A stretch of DNA of 35,609 bases, from the NCBI GenBank assembly GCA_964255285.1, contig CAXUUL010000080.1:1-35609 (forward strand), given 5' to 3'. The stretch comes from Ionaspis alba (Eukaryota). A program made the translations under genes and the position numbers. Positions 23,703 through 35,609 of this stretch are shown piece after piece (the first letter of the stretch is position 1; each line of letters opens with the position of its first letter). The notes beneath the pieces were generated by a model. The model was not told the origin of the DNA, ran no database searches, and was given only the letters and a program-made list of their open reading frames with translations.

Positions 23703-25190
23703 ATGGCTCCAAATAATACTTCCACCGCGGTGCTGGATACCTATCAGGCCGTCGTCTCAGCCTTCTGTGAGTTCCTCACCGTCGCCGTCCACACGATTCT
23801 CTACGAGCGGAACATCTACCCGCGTACTTCGTTCCTCAATGCTCGAAAGTACAACTACCCGGTCTGTCAAAACAGGCATCCGAAGGTTTGCAAGTGGATT
23901 CAGGATGCCGTCGCCGCGGTCGAAGTCGAATTGCTGAAGGTATGTTGATCTTTTTTTTAGTGCCGTACTATCGCATGGTCCATTTGTGTCTCAATTCCAG
24001 CCGTTGTGGTTGTTTCGTTGTTGATCCACCGAAGGCGCGCTTTACCGTTCGAGTCAATGTATCCAGAGTCTATTGTTGTTTGTGAACGCCGGATAATCTT
24101 CGGGAGCTTGACTACGCCCTACAAGGCGTCGGAGATTACTCCTATCTCCGAACCTGCTTTTCGCCTTTGTGCACGAGGCTACGACCTTTCCTCAGCCACT
24201 ATTCTTATGTGGCTGTCCATTCTCAATCCATGTCAGTCGTCGCAAATCATGCGTTCTGACTGCATGGTTGCACGTGCGTCGTGCCTCTATCAGCTCATCA
24301 TCCCCTGGCTGCAGCACAAACAAGCAAATGAATCTTCACATCTAGCCCTCCTCCTCCTCCCTTCAAAGAACTGACAACGCGCACCTCAACAGGGTACAGT
24401 TCAGCAAACGTCCTTAATTATCTACTCTCCGGCCACCATACCACTCGAGCGCTTCATCTTCTCCACCATCAATTTCCCAAGAGTGCCTGCAAACGAAATC
24501 CTCACCACCTTCGAGCCCGCCCCTCCACGGTCCCCTTCCTCATCTCCACCCCCTGAACCAACCACACCCTCGAAACTTCCTCTCGATGAGCCACCATCAA
24601 GCCCTCCTCCCACAGGGCCACCTCCCGTAGTGACAGATCCCTCCCCAAATCTGCAGACCCCACTAATCGACCTCACCGCCCAATTCCCTCCTGTCATTGC
24701 GCGCCTCTCTACTCTCTCCAGCATACTCTCTCCTCTTCCTCCCAACTGCACCTTCACATTAGCAATTGAGCTACGCGAGACGCCGCCCGGTGCGCACGAA
24801 GCTCCCATAGGCTGGCCTCAGCCGTGGGTACCAGCAGTACCAGGTTTACAACATCGTGATTCTAAGGCAAAGACTGCTGACGAAGCAGAGTCCAGTGACA
24901 GCGGCGCGCCTGTTACAAGTGAAGAACCCAGTACAGCGAGCGGTGGTAAGGAAATTAAGGGCAGAGGTCAGGGCGACAGCGAAGGGTTGGGAGAGAAAAG
25001 TGACAAGGCAGGAGAAAAGCCCTATCAGAGCCAAAAGGGCAAGTATCTCGGTGGTGTGAAGACAACGCCAGTTAGGAGCGTGGAGGCAGGACCATTCGTA
25101 ATGGAGATGTGGGTTGAAGAAGGTGTAGATAAAGCAGAGGTGCTTGCAGCAGCGAGACAAGAGGCGGGAAGTTCAGGTGAAACTGGGTAG
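23703..25190 (+). CDS. REV7: Rev7/MAD2B HORMA-domain protein (DNA polymerase zeta subunit)
   Basis: Exons 23703-23939 and 24393-25190 (GTATGT...CTGAC...CAG intron). EFLTVAVHTILYERNIYP..F..ARKYNYPV.QNRHPKVCKWI, PLERFIF, PLPPNCTFTLAIEL, PQPWVP, TTPVRSVEAGPFVMEMWVEE. Confidence 0.9.
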
Positions 25191-25618
25191 GAGAACCTTG
25201 CATAATACTATGTTGGGGCGAGGGAAGATGCTTGATGGTAGTTTTTGCGTTGGTCACGGGAATATTACTCCAGATGTATCATTAAGCAATTGAGCTGAAC
25301 AACCGAAGGCAAAGTCAGTGCCATTTTCCCTACCACAGCCCCAAACTCTTCGATATGCGAAATCAGCCAGTAGCTGGCGTGCAGGGGGTATCTATGTACA
25401 AGCCAAGTGAATCAAGAACCAACAGACGCCGTGGCAAATTCCGAACTGAGCACGCGTTTCCGAAAGCGCCGTTATCCGTTCGATTCAGCATCATCCACCT
25501 TGTGGGCCAGTTACATGCTCCCTTGATCTCACTCCCGAAAATGCTCCCACGAGTTTGAACTTCAGTTTGCCATCTTCATCTCCCCGTAATTAAATAGTCT
25601 TGATACTCCAACTATACC

Positions 25619-28600
25619 TCAATTATCCAGCCCATCCTGCCAGGGGTTGGCTGGCGCGAACAACCACTGAGGCGGTTGCTCTTGTGGTGATAAAGGCCAC
25701 TCGTCGAAGGAACCCTCAAATTCGTTCTTGTCATCAAGCTTCTTGCCTTCGTCTTTTTCTTTAGGCTCTTGAGTAAGGTCCAGCGGAGGAGGAAAGCGAT
25801 ACAGAGTCTCGCGAATGGCATTGCTGGCGTCCAGCCCCATGGGTCGGCGTGGAGGGAGTTTCGGCATCATGAGATCTGGTTCTGGTCCTGGTCCGAGTGA
25901 CTGAATGGGAGGATGGCGCACGACCGCTTTCCCTTTGCTGTTGGGCCACAGATCTTCGTCGGAATCAAGGTCGATATACTCCGTACGTCGGCGACGGGGG
26001 AGAGGCGGTGGTGGAATGGTACCAGAGATTTCTACATCAGAGGCTAGATTGCCAGTAAGGCCCGTCGTATTTCTCCGCAATGGCTTGGACTTGAGGGGAT
26101 TGTCTGATGCCCCAACAAATTCCGAATCGTGTGCGAATGGATTGTGTCTTCGAGTGTTTCGACCAAGTAGTGTCTCCATCTCAGAAAGCGGAGCTACAGT
26201 ACTCCATGTATTGTGGGGAGGCAGACCAGAACCACGCGGCTCCATACCTCCTGTTATATCCTGCTTTCCCATTCCTACGTCTCGGATCTTATCATATGGA
26301 CCGGGCATGTACCAATTCTGTAGACCCTTTGGGCCACTTGATTGCTGGTTCAATCCCTCAATCCTGGGATCAATCGGTTCGGTCAATTGTGCTATTCTTC
26401 CAATGTTCATTCGCTCATCAAAGGTAAGGTTGTGAGCTTGGGGAACAGTTGCAGTATTGGGACGTGGCGGTAGGATTCTGTCATTCTGATAAGTTTGGTC
26501 ATTTGTAGACGGAGGTGGGGCGTAATTGAAGAGATCGTTGGCATGTCGTTTCGTGCGTGGCATTCGGGGTGCGAAAGCTAAGGGTTCATGAGTTGAAGGA
26601 CCTTGGCCATCTGGAAGAAGTCCTCCCACCATTATACCAGGTCCCCCGATATTTTTGTTGCCCATATGAGCTGCCCGGCGTGCAAGTAGAGCTGATTGAA
26701 GACGGTGGGTCTCCCGAAGCCGTTGCGCGTTCTGGTCCATTAGTAAGTCTTCCATTCTCGGCAAGGGAACGTTTGGGCCTAATGGATTGCCAGGCGGTTC
26801 AACCACTCCCAGAGGTCTTACAAGTCCCATTGCTGCATAGTTCGGAAGATTTGGGTGAAATCTGCGGTGCAAGGAATTATTCGGGTCCGCAGGGAGCTGC
26901 ACTGACTCGCTGAATTTGATCTTGAGATCTTCTTCGGATATACCAGGATTTTCCGCCCGAATTTGTGCTATTGCCTCTTTCTCGGCGGCTTCGATCCTTT
27001 TCTTGTTACGATTATCTGTATCGTCATGTGGTGGACATCCCTTTCCCTTCCGTGGAGCCCCGTCACGCGTAGTTCCGCTGTTGTTGAAATGATTGTAGCC
27101 AGTCCGGCTTATATCCTCACCACAATAATCACAGACTGCAGTGTGACACTTACTGCAGATCATCTTGTTGCACCCTCCTTCTTTCACAATTGAAACACCA
27201 CATTTAGGGCAAGTCTTTAGCAGAGCTTTTGTCATCGCTTCTTCCAAAACATGACGTTCTTCCACACCTTGCTCCTTCTTGTACTCCTCGCAAGTCTTGG
27301 GGATGTGCGATATTAGTCTGCAGAGGCGGCAGCTTATGATTTCGCAGGTTGGCATAAGGCATCGGAATTCTTTATCCTCTTCGACCGGCGGATAGATGGC
27401 AGCATAATCGCAAAATGGGCAAGACTCTAAGCCTTCGACATCTGCGGCCCGTAGATCTGCTTGTTGCTGAAGCCGCTCCAACAGATCTAGCATTTTCGTG
27501 TCCAGAAAACGATGCTTCTCCTCCCTACTGAACTCTTCTTTGCACCCGCTTCCATCCATACAGGAAAGCCTGTACCTTGAGAGTTCTACCTGGGCTTTTG
27601 TATTGCTTCGTACACACTCGAAGCAGAATGGGTGACCTGAAGGGCATGCCGTAGCCTTTGGAAGAGGCGTGTCCGTGAAGCAACATTGGCATTCTACCAT
27701 CTCTCCTCTTTCCATACATTCTCTATCCCGCGCTGCCTCAGCTTCTGCTTCGAGTCGTTCCTTCAAGGATTGTGCTATCGAAATGGTTAGTAACGTAAAA
27801 TTATCCTATCTCCTACCGATACTAGACATTCACAATGTGGAACAGGAAATTGGAACAGCCATGGGATAATGTGTGGTTGCAGCTTACCAAGTTCCTCTGC
27901 CCGTTTCTTCTTCGCCGCAAGAAGCTCTGCAACGAGTCGCGACTGTCCATGTCCCATTTCGTCTACCAGTGATCGGGGTTTTCTCGACGTTTTCAGTTTG
28001 GTGTATGGTGGGTTGGCTTCATCAAAAGTTCTCTCGGCAAGCTCGACGGCGAGATACGCGTGGTAGAGATGACCGCGTTGTTTCAGCTGCTGGTCAATGA
28101 ATTTGAGTGGCACCCGGGAAAACTCCCATAGTAGCAGCATCCTACTTTGAGTATGTCAGCACAACTGGACATGAAGTGGCAAGGGGGCTGTCAAAAATAA
28201 AATATGACCAGGTCTTGCATGTGAATATTGGGCTTTTAGGGAGTAAGTCAGAGTCAGACTCACGCTTCCTGAGTTTCTTGTAGCCTGAGTCTGGGACGAT
28301 CTACGGTCGCAAATTCATCGTCATCGCGTTCTCCATCTGACACTGTCGAACGCTTTCTCTTCAGCTTCTTCGTTGTATCTTTCTGCTTGGGATATTTCTC
28401 AGCATCCAATATCTGCATAATGACACCCTGTGACATATCCTCGCTGGCACTCGTTGACCTTTGAGGTCCGAAAGCCTGGACTCGGGTGTCGTAGAGCAGA
28501 CGGACATGGTCATGACAGATATCTGGGAAGACTTCGAGAACTTTGTCAAGGTAGAGCTGGTAAAGTACTTCTGGGTCGGTCACAAGTTCTGGGGAAGGTG

Positions 28601-28778
28601 TAGGTTCGCTGATTTGAGTTGGGGCTTCGGGTATCGGTGCATCAAAGTCATTCTCCAGCATTGCGAAGGGAAGAACTTCGTTGCCATCCCGGATGGTGGC
28701 ATAGAAATCTCCCAACAGGTCATCATCGTCGCTGTCGCTGTCGATTTGGATGACATCGGTCTGCACATCTGCCTGCAT
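25619..28778 (-). CDS. RBR (RING1-IBR-RING2) E3 ubiquitin ligase, RNF216/TRIAD3-like
   Basis: Exons 28778-28264, about 28141-27888, and 27774-25619. ECQCCF...CPSGHPFCFEC...CMDGSGC; CPFCDYAA...FRC...C..SCRLC...HIPKTC; EEAMTKALLKTCPKC...KEGGCNKMICSKC...CDYC. N-terminal VLEVFPDICHDH motif. The start codon is inferred. Confidence 0.88.
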
Positions 28779-30680
28779 GACGGAGCGCAACGGGTAGATT
28801 CTTGATGGCGTCCTCCAACGTCGAAAGATCCTTCGACGTGCTTGAAACGAAGACCTCTATGCTTCTTGAACGACTCCAGGATCGATAGGAGCACTGCAGG
28901 ACTCCTTAAATGTGCGAACTACCAAGCTACTAAGAGAACGACCAGTATCGGACATCATAGATTGCTCGTGCCAAGGAAGGTGTTGAGACCAATGAAGTCA
29001 AGAATTGATTGTATTCTGCCTCGTGAACAGTAGCAGGATAAGGTTCCTTGATGCTAGACTAAGGCATGGATTTACTTTTCTTGCCATTCAACACTCCACG
29101 GCTTAAAATCGTAGAGCTTCGGACATCCCATTCGAGTCTTTGCCTGGAAAAGTGCCTCTAGTGAAGGGAGACTACACACACGAATCCCGTTTCGAATATT
29201 GGCTCTTGAGCTCAGGCTGTTCGTGGCGGGTGTTGGAGAAGGGAATGAGGCAGGGCCGAACATGAAGAGAGAGATGAAGTGGTTCGCGGCCCCACGGTGT
29301 TGAGGTACCAGAGGCTCCGTCGGCTGCCAATCCTTGCCTTGCCAAGCTTGTGCCAAGGCCGCTTCGACAGCACACGAGATCGGTCTAGCCTCGTCTGGGC
29401 CTACTCTATTGCTCTTCTGCAGATTGCATAAATCTGTACCCAGAAAGTCTGCTTGCAAAAGGTCCCTACTTTTCGGAGAAGATGCTTGGTAGTTAGGACA
29501 GCAACCGCTCTCTCTGTATTTCCGGGCTCTCAAAGCTACCGCAATATATAGCCCTACTGCTTGGCGTGCATTACTACACCTATTGTCGACCAAAACTGCG
29601 TCTTTCGCTCAGCTCACCCGGACTTTCTCCTAAGTGTGAACCAATTACATCGAAGGACCAGAATCAGAATCTCGACGTCGTCGTTGTCTTCCTCAAAAAG
29701 CGTTGCAGATGTACTTGTCTTCGTCGACGTCTCTCGCTTCTTCATCTTCTGACCAAGTGCTTTCGATGTCCTTGGTTGCATAGTCAAGCTGTCGTTGGCG
29801 TCTACTTTCAATCCTGCTCATTCCTTTCTTTCCGCTCACGTGATTGAGAATCCTCTTTTCCTCCGGAGGCAGGTTCCCAAGGTATGTAGACGAATACCGA
29901 CTTTATTATCCGTAATGATCACCATGCTTCCTTGTTCATCCTAAAGCCGAGGACTATCTGTGCTCATGGAGTGGTAGTGTTTCATTTTTGGTGTTGGCAA
30001 GCTCTACTGCATTTACATCGGGGACCTACACTGGTCGTTCGCTCATGGCAACGTCGCACTATTCCGCCCTCAAAACTCATCGCGTGGCACACGCCACCAA
30101 CGTGAGAATAGGCACTTACGGTGATACTGTCTTATAAACATCATTATCTTGATTTCAATGGCTAGGTTGATGACGGACAGATGGCCTGCACACCACTCCA
30201 AGACTACCCTTGGAATGTATAGTCTCGTTAAAGGTGGTTGCAACTTTCTAATAGTTGGAGGAAGAAGGAAATCCTCTCTCTAAGGATCTTTCTGATCAGA
30301 TGGAAGCATGCAAGTCGTATCATTGAATCTTGTTTCAGCGCTTTCTGTCTTCGCAGCCTCGCTTGTTGCAACAAAAATCCTCGAGGCTCGGACCAACGGC
30401 GGTCTAAAAGTCCGAACCCGTGACTGGCACCACCACATCCAACATTCCGGAGGCCGAAGGCAGCGCGAATCCTGAGACACGCCGTGTTTCTGGCTTACTG
30501 ATCATGTTGATGAGCCGCAAATTGCTAGTAAACCATTGATATAAGTAACGAAGCAAAATCGCATTGAATCAATCTGGTCCAGCCTACTCGCTAATGAATA
30601 ATTGTGGGAGTCTCATTCTTTCTCAATTTCAAGAAGATTAACAAAACATTATCGATTTGATTGTCCCATTGATCTACAAC

Positions 30681-31786
30681 ATGGCAGAAAAAGAAGCAAT
30701 CCTCAAGCTTGGAGAGATGGATCCCGAACTTTCAGAAGTAGATCTTTCGTCATCCCCTTTGACGACTTGTACTCACCTTCGCAGTTCCTGAACAACTTGA
30801 AGGCTCCCCTTCCAGTTCCCGACCGCTCCGATGTTGCTGCTGGTCGCAAGATGTCAACAGAGCGCGAAGAAGCTGTTCTCGTAGCCCTCGGCCCAGCATC
30901 GCCCGAGCTTACAGAGGTGACCGAGAAGGTCCAGATGCGCGACGGCTACACAAGCCACATGGTGGTCGTCAAACCGTCCAGCGCACCTCCGGCTACAGGC
31001 CGTCCGCTTCTCGTCCTCTTCCACGGCGGCGGCTTCTGCATGGGCTCGCCCAAGCAAATCATTCCGTACGCACGAAGCTTTGCTCAACTTTTCGATGCCG
31101 TCTGCGTCTGTCCTGCTTATAGGCTAGCTCCTGAGCATAAGTTTCCTATCGCAGCGCAGGATGCCTGGGATGCCTTCTCCTGGATCACTGCAAATGTGTC
31201 CGCACTCGGCGCTACAGCATCTAAGGGGTTCATCGTTGGCGGTGTCTCCGCGGGAGGAAACCTAGCTGCTGTGCTGGCCCAAATGGCAAAGGAGCAGCAG
31301 CTGGAGCCGAAACTTACCGGACAATGGCTTTCAATTCCCGTGCTTTTGGACCCAGCGGTGGTACCGGAGAAATACAAGGATATGTACCTTGCATGGGAAC
31401 AAAACTCCGGAAAGCCTGGATTGAACACCGAGGCCATGAAAGCTGTCTTCGCGCATTGGGAGCCGGATGTGCATTCGCCGCTTTATTCACCTTTCAATAG
31501 CCCGAACACAGGTGCGGGAATGCCTCCGGCGTATTTGCAAAGCTGTGGGATGGACCCGCTGAGGGATGATGCGTTTATCTACGAGAAGGTGTTGAAAGAG
31601 AAGGGTGTGAAGACGCGCTTGGATGTCTATCCAGGGCTACCACACGGGTTTTGGGCTCTCTTCCCACAGCTAAAGAGCGGGAAGAAAGTGGCAGTAGATA
31701 TAGCACTCGGCATGGGTTGGCTCTTGGGAAAGGAGGTAGATCCAGAGGAGGCCCGTAAAGTGATGAGGCTGTCTGCTATGGCTTAA
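30681..31786 (+). CDS. Alpha/beta hydrolase fold-3 (HSL/GDXG-family) esterase/lipase
   Basis: Exon 1 30681-30737 (MAEKEAILKLGEMDPELSE), 47-nt intron, exon 2 30785-31786. HGGG oxyanion motif, YRLAPEHKFP, GGVSAGG nucleophile, DPLRDD, PHGF. Confidence 0.92.
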
Positions 31787-32302
31787 GATGATTGATCAAG
31801 CAGAGACTCTCTGCGGCTGGGCGAAGTTGCTACCTGTTAGCTCTCGCTAGTCTCTCAAGACCACGAATTTAAGGTCTGGAAGTCGACTATAGCTTGCGCG
31901 GATTTATCTCGGCTAGTATCAAATCTCTTCGTAACATTGGTAGGCTACTTACTTGTAAGCAACAGTCCGTAGACTGAGGTCTAAGTCACAGTGAGCGAGA
32001 GTTCAGACTTAGAGCAGACTCTAGCAAATGTCATAGTATGAATTTTTAAGTACCACTACCCAGTATCTCCCCGTTGCAGTGCTGCCGCATCTATTCCTCC
32101 AGCTTGAGATAGGACCATTCGAAAAAGTGCTGCTCGGCTTGTCGCGGCAAACAGCGGTTCCATACAGCAAATTTGTCTTCCACATTCCTTCCAATAATAT
32201 TTACCATGCTCATATAATGCCTCTCTGTTCCCAGATTCTCTGTATGACCTCTAATCACCATACACTTAGTTCGCCCGCCTTCTCACTCTCTGCGTATTCA
32301 TA

Positions 32303-33566
32303 ATGGGCGACCCCAGCTCCGATCCCCCCCTCCCATCCTCGGCATCCCGCACTCTCCACCTCACCCATCCCACCCCGTCCGAAAAAGAAGCCTTCTGGGC
32401 TCTCAACTCCCGCATATGGCGCGGCGCTCTCTCCCTCCCTGCCTACGTTGCCCGCGAGCGGCATCTCGCAGCTCAATCGCTGACGAAAGACGGGGGGATA
32501 ACGTATTGGGTGCTTGTGGACTCTGCCGCCCCTAGATCCGTCAATCCTGCAGGTCCGAGGAGGCTTTTAGCAGGTTGCGAGACGATCAGGAAGAAGGGCA
32601 TCATTGCAAAGCGGAAACATGGAGATGGGGCCGAGCGGGGAGAGGTGCAGGAGACGGTGGCACATGGCATTGGAAGTGTGTTTTGTCCTGATGAGTACAG
32701 AGGGAGAGGGTACGCGGGAAGAATGATGGAGGAGCTGGGGAAGATGTTGAAAACGTGGCAGGCATGGGAAAGAGGAGTCGGGTTTTCTGTGCTCTTTTCG
32801 GATATTGGCAAGGTGGGTCAACGATGTCGTGGAAGGAACCACATAGCCTGTTAGACGGACGCTGACCGTATTGAGCCTTCAGGAGTTCTACGCGAGGAGG
32901 GGCTGGAAGGCTTTCAGATCGAGCCATATTGCGCTGCCGTCAGTACCTAAGAACCAGGAAAGAGCTGGAGTGTCTAGAATGCTACCAACATCGAAGCCGC
33001 TTTATGCTGAAGATCTACGCGTGCTGTGTGAGATCGATGAGGCACAATTACGACAAGAGATCCTTAGATTTCCTATCGCCGGACCGGAGGCACGGGTAGC
33101 GGTCATACCAGACGTTGAAACCATGCAGTGGCACCATGCAAGAGAGGAGTTCGTAGCAAGAGAGCTCATAGGTAGATTTCCGGATGTCAAAGGTGCTATG
33201 TCTACCATGGGAGATGGGAAGAGGGTGTGGTGCATTTGGACACGGGTCTTTGGGAGTGAGAAGGATGGTTACACCTTGTATATTCTACGCTTGGTTGTCG
33301 AAGGGGAAGATGGTTCGCAAGACGTCGATGAGGAGCATGCTACGGCAACAGCAGCAGTACTTCGTGCTGCCCAAGAGGAGGCAGCGACGTGGGAGATGCA
33401 AGCCGTGGAGATCTGGAATCCTTCCCCAACGATTGTTGCGGCGGCAAATAAGGTACTTCCCGGTTCTGTGGTTGTGGAACGAGAAAGTGAGAGCATCACA
33501 AGTCTGATGTGGTATGGCAGTGAGGAAGTGGACTGGATTGCTAATGATAAATATGGATGGTGTTGA
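32303..33566 (+). CDS. GNAT-family N-acetyltransferase, LYC1 (lysine acetyltransferase)-like
   Basis: Exons 32303-32812 and 32883-33566. W.GALS...Y..RE, LAGCETIRK, GIGSVFCPDEYRGRGYAGRMM (acetyl-CoA motif A), SVLFSDIGKEFYARRGW, WHHARE, C-terminal WIANDKYGWC. Confidence 0.88.
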
Positions 33567-33852
33567 CGACAATAACCGGCATACACGGATAGATCGGTGT
33601 TGGACAATAGGTGTCTAGTAACAGGGATTATCGGGCTTAAGGATTAGGTAGAAGCTGACCCTTGATCCCCATGACCCATTAATTCGATGTCGCGCTTTGC
33701 AGGCGTAGATTCGAAGAGTAGTTCTCACAGACCAAATAATGGCGCGACATGTTTGTCCATGTTGGACAGATCCTTTGCTCAACTGCGCAGAGCTTCTGAG
33801 AGAGTCCATATCGTAAATACTGACGCCACTATACCTTGAACCAGGTAAGGGT

Positions 33853-35048
33853 TCAGGACACATTGGCGCTCTTGAACTTGTCGTGCCACTTACTGTTACC
33901 TTTGGCAGCGGTAGTGGTGGGAAGTGTTGTACTCTGATCATTAGCCACTGTCGTTTCAGACTTTAGAGCAATGAAACCGTCGCCTTTCAAGATGAATTTA
34001 TCCTGTTCAACGATCAAAATAGCTCCAGTTGATCAAGAGCTGGAACGTACATCGAGGAGCTCAAGCCTAGCTTCCCCCCGCCACGCTTCTGGTAATTGGT
34101 CTTGCCATTTTTGCAGGAGATGAGAGATTGACACATCTCCGCTCCCTTCCGATTCTAGGATGACACCTCCAAGCCATGGGACGCATTTTTTCTGATCAAG
34201 AATTGTCCCTGTCCGATTAGTAAGCTACAAAACACTTCGAATACCGCACTCACATCCTTCCATAGGGTCTTCATCTTCCGAAGCTAGTCTCTTGAGTACA
34301 GATCCTGCGAGTTGCTCGGGGTGCCCATCTTCTGCAGCTAGATTCAATAATACTTTTCCCTCAAATGGTTTCGTGAGATTTATGCCTTTCATGGTTGCTG
34401 CAGTGAAAATAGAAGTCCAGACGATGCGAAGAGCATCAGGTGATGGACGCCATGCCTGGTTCTGAGTCTCGAATCCACAAAGCTGGGTCCAAGCCTTGAC
34501 GAACTCCCCAACGGAACAGGGTGCATCTAACAGGAGTGATCTCTTGCTGCCTTTCCAATTAGATGCATCGACAGATTCTGGGTCCGCTGATGAAGCTGTA
34601 TAGGTCGGTAATGCTTGCTTTAGAAAACCCGCAGCGTTGGCCGGCACTGAGACGAGCTCGAGCAGAGCTTTACATTGGCCAATGGCTTGGACGCTTAGCG
34701 GTGGAGATACACCATACTCATCTGCCAAGGCTGATTCGAACGGCTCCAGAACATAGAGTATGTTGGATGACTGAACCTGGCGAACCTCAAAAGTCTGGTC
34801 ATAGCTACAGACAAGAGCAGTTGAGCCCGAGTCATTCAATGATGAAGGATTCGCGGTTGCAGACTTAAGATGTAGACTCCCTGTTACGTTAGTAATATTT
34901 AAAGCGGTAGGAAATAGGAAGAGCAATACATCGGAGGGTTCCGTGAAGTGATCAAGCTAAGGAGTGTAGCTGGAAGCTCCAGGAGGCGAAAGTTCTGCTG
35001 GTCATGGTCTATCTCAAAGGCAACACCTTCTTCGTCTTTGAGAGGCAT
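33853..35048 (-). CDS. DCC1: Sister chromatid cohesion protein Dcc1 (Ctf18-RFC subunit)
   Basis: Exons 35048-34930, 34876-34254, 34208-34051, 34002-33853. FRLLELP..LL, LHLKS...ALVCSYDQTFEVRQVQSSN, W.DQLPEAW, C-terminal KWHDKFK. Confidence 0.88.
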
Positions 35049-35609
35049 TCAGGAGCGTCAACGAAATGTCAATGGATTCCCACCTAGCTAAGTCGATGTA
35101 TGTCGAGGCAGTGGATGATATTTGGTTTAAGGGCAAGGAGGTGCCTGCAGTAGGAGGCCTAAGCGAGGACCCTAGTTATCGGTTACCGGCAGGCGCGTCA
35201 TCATTTGTTGACAGCCACGCGATTCGAGGACTCTTCCGAGACTTCCTATGTCGTCTAGGCCTCAACTTCGGCCTAGGTCGTCCTTCTCAATCTACGACAT
35301 GAAACAGGTGGCTCGTTGGCAAGCCTCATGCGACCAATTGACTTTGCATCTTTGGGACGCTCTTCCTACCCATCTGATTGTCCTCCGACCCATCTATCCA
35401 ACAGCGCCGAGGCAAGCTCAGGAGCCGGCACGCTTTCTATGCCATTATGAGATTTTGAACTTCACGACATGAGGAACTCTGCTACACGTCACAGAACTTC
35501 TACCTTCTCCGTCCGGATGAACTACCACGCTCGTTTCCCTGTGCGATAAGTTAAGGACAACTCCAGCTATGGTCGTGGTAGCTCCGGCTCCAGCTGAGCT
35601 GGACACTAA

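Noticed and set aside
24190..24301. Box C (ATGATGA) and box D (CTGA) motifs on the minus strand within the REV7 intron
   Set aside because: They are antisense to the host transcript, with no convincing terminal stem and no rRNA complementarity I could recognise.
28970..29545. Cluster of PacC-like GCCARG sites, including a tandem pair at 29341-29357
   Set aside because: About one site per kb is expected by chance on two strands, so the enrichment is not convincing.
3434..35048. Functional cluster of genome-maintenance genes (DAD3, TFB4, REV7, DCC1), or an esterase-GNAT metabolic cluster
   Set aside because: The genes are interspersed with unrelated housekeeping genes and there is no backbone biosynthetic enzyme, transporter or regulator; ordinary gene order explains it.
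35255..35276. 7-bp hairpin CTAGGCC/GGCCTAG upstream of DCC1
   Set aside because: A single short stem with no tRNA or snRNA signatures; compatible with chance.

Overview
Gene-dense, intron-containing window from a filamentous ascomycete (Pezizomycotina; short GT-AG introns with CTRAC-type branch points). Splicing was reconstructed by hand. Genes in order: acyl-protein thioesterase 1 (partial, runs off the left edge), an uncharacterised multi-pass membrane protein, Dad3, Arp3, a Taspase1-like threonine aspartase, TFIIH Tfb4, a DUF866 CXXC zinc protein, a stop-riddled mitochondrial PPR-like pseudogene, a small Cys-rich ORF split by a probably artefactual 100-N gap, a HET-C family gene, importin-9/Kap114, Rev7, an RBR E3 ligase, an HSL-type esterase, a LYC1-like GNAT and Dcc1. 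The most notable items are (1) the PPR-like gene with 7 premature stops and no obligatory frameshift, (2) a 453-nt hairpin-rich Rev7 intron, about 4-10 times longer than the other introns here, and (3) a hidden 75-aa, 8-Cys protein convergent with het-c. I found no tRNA, rRNA, transposon or CRISPR, and no clearly new multi-gene system. Family assignments come from motif recognition, not from database searches.
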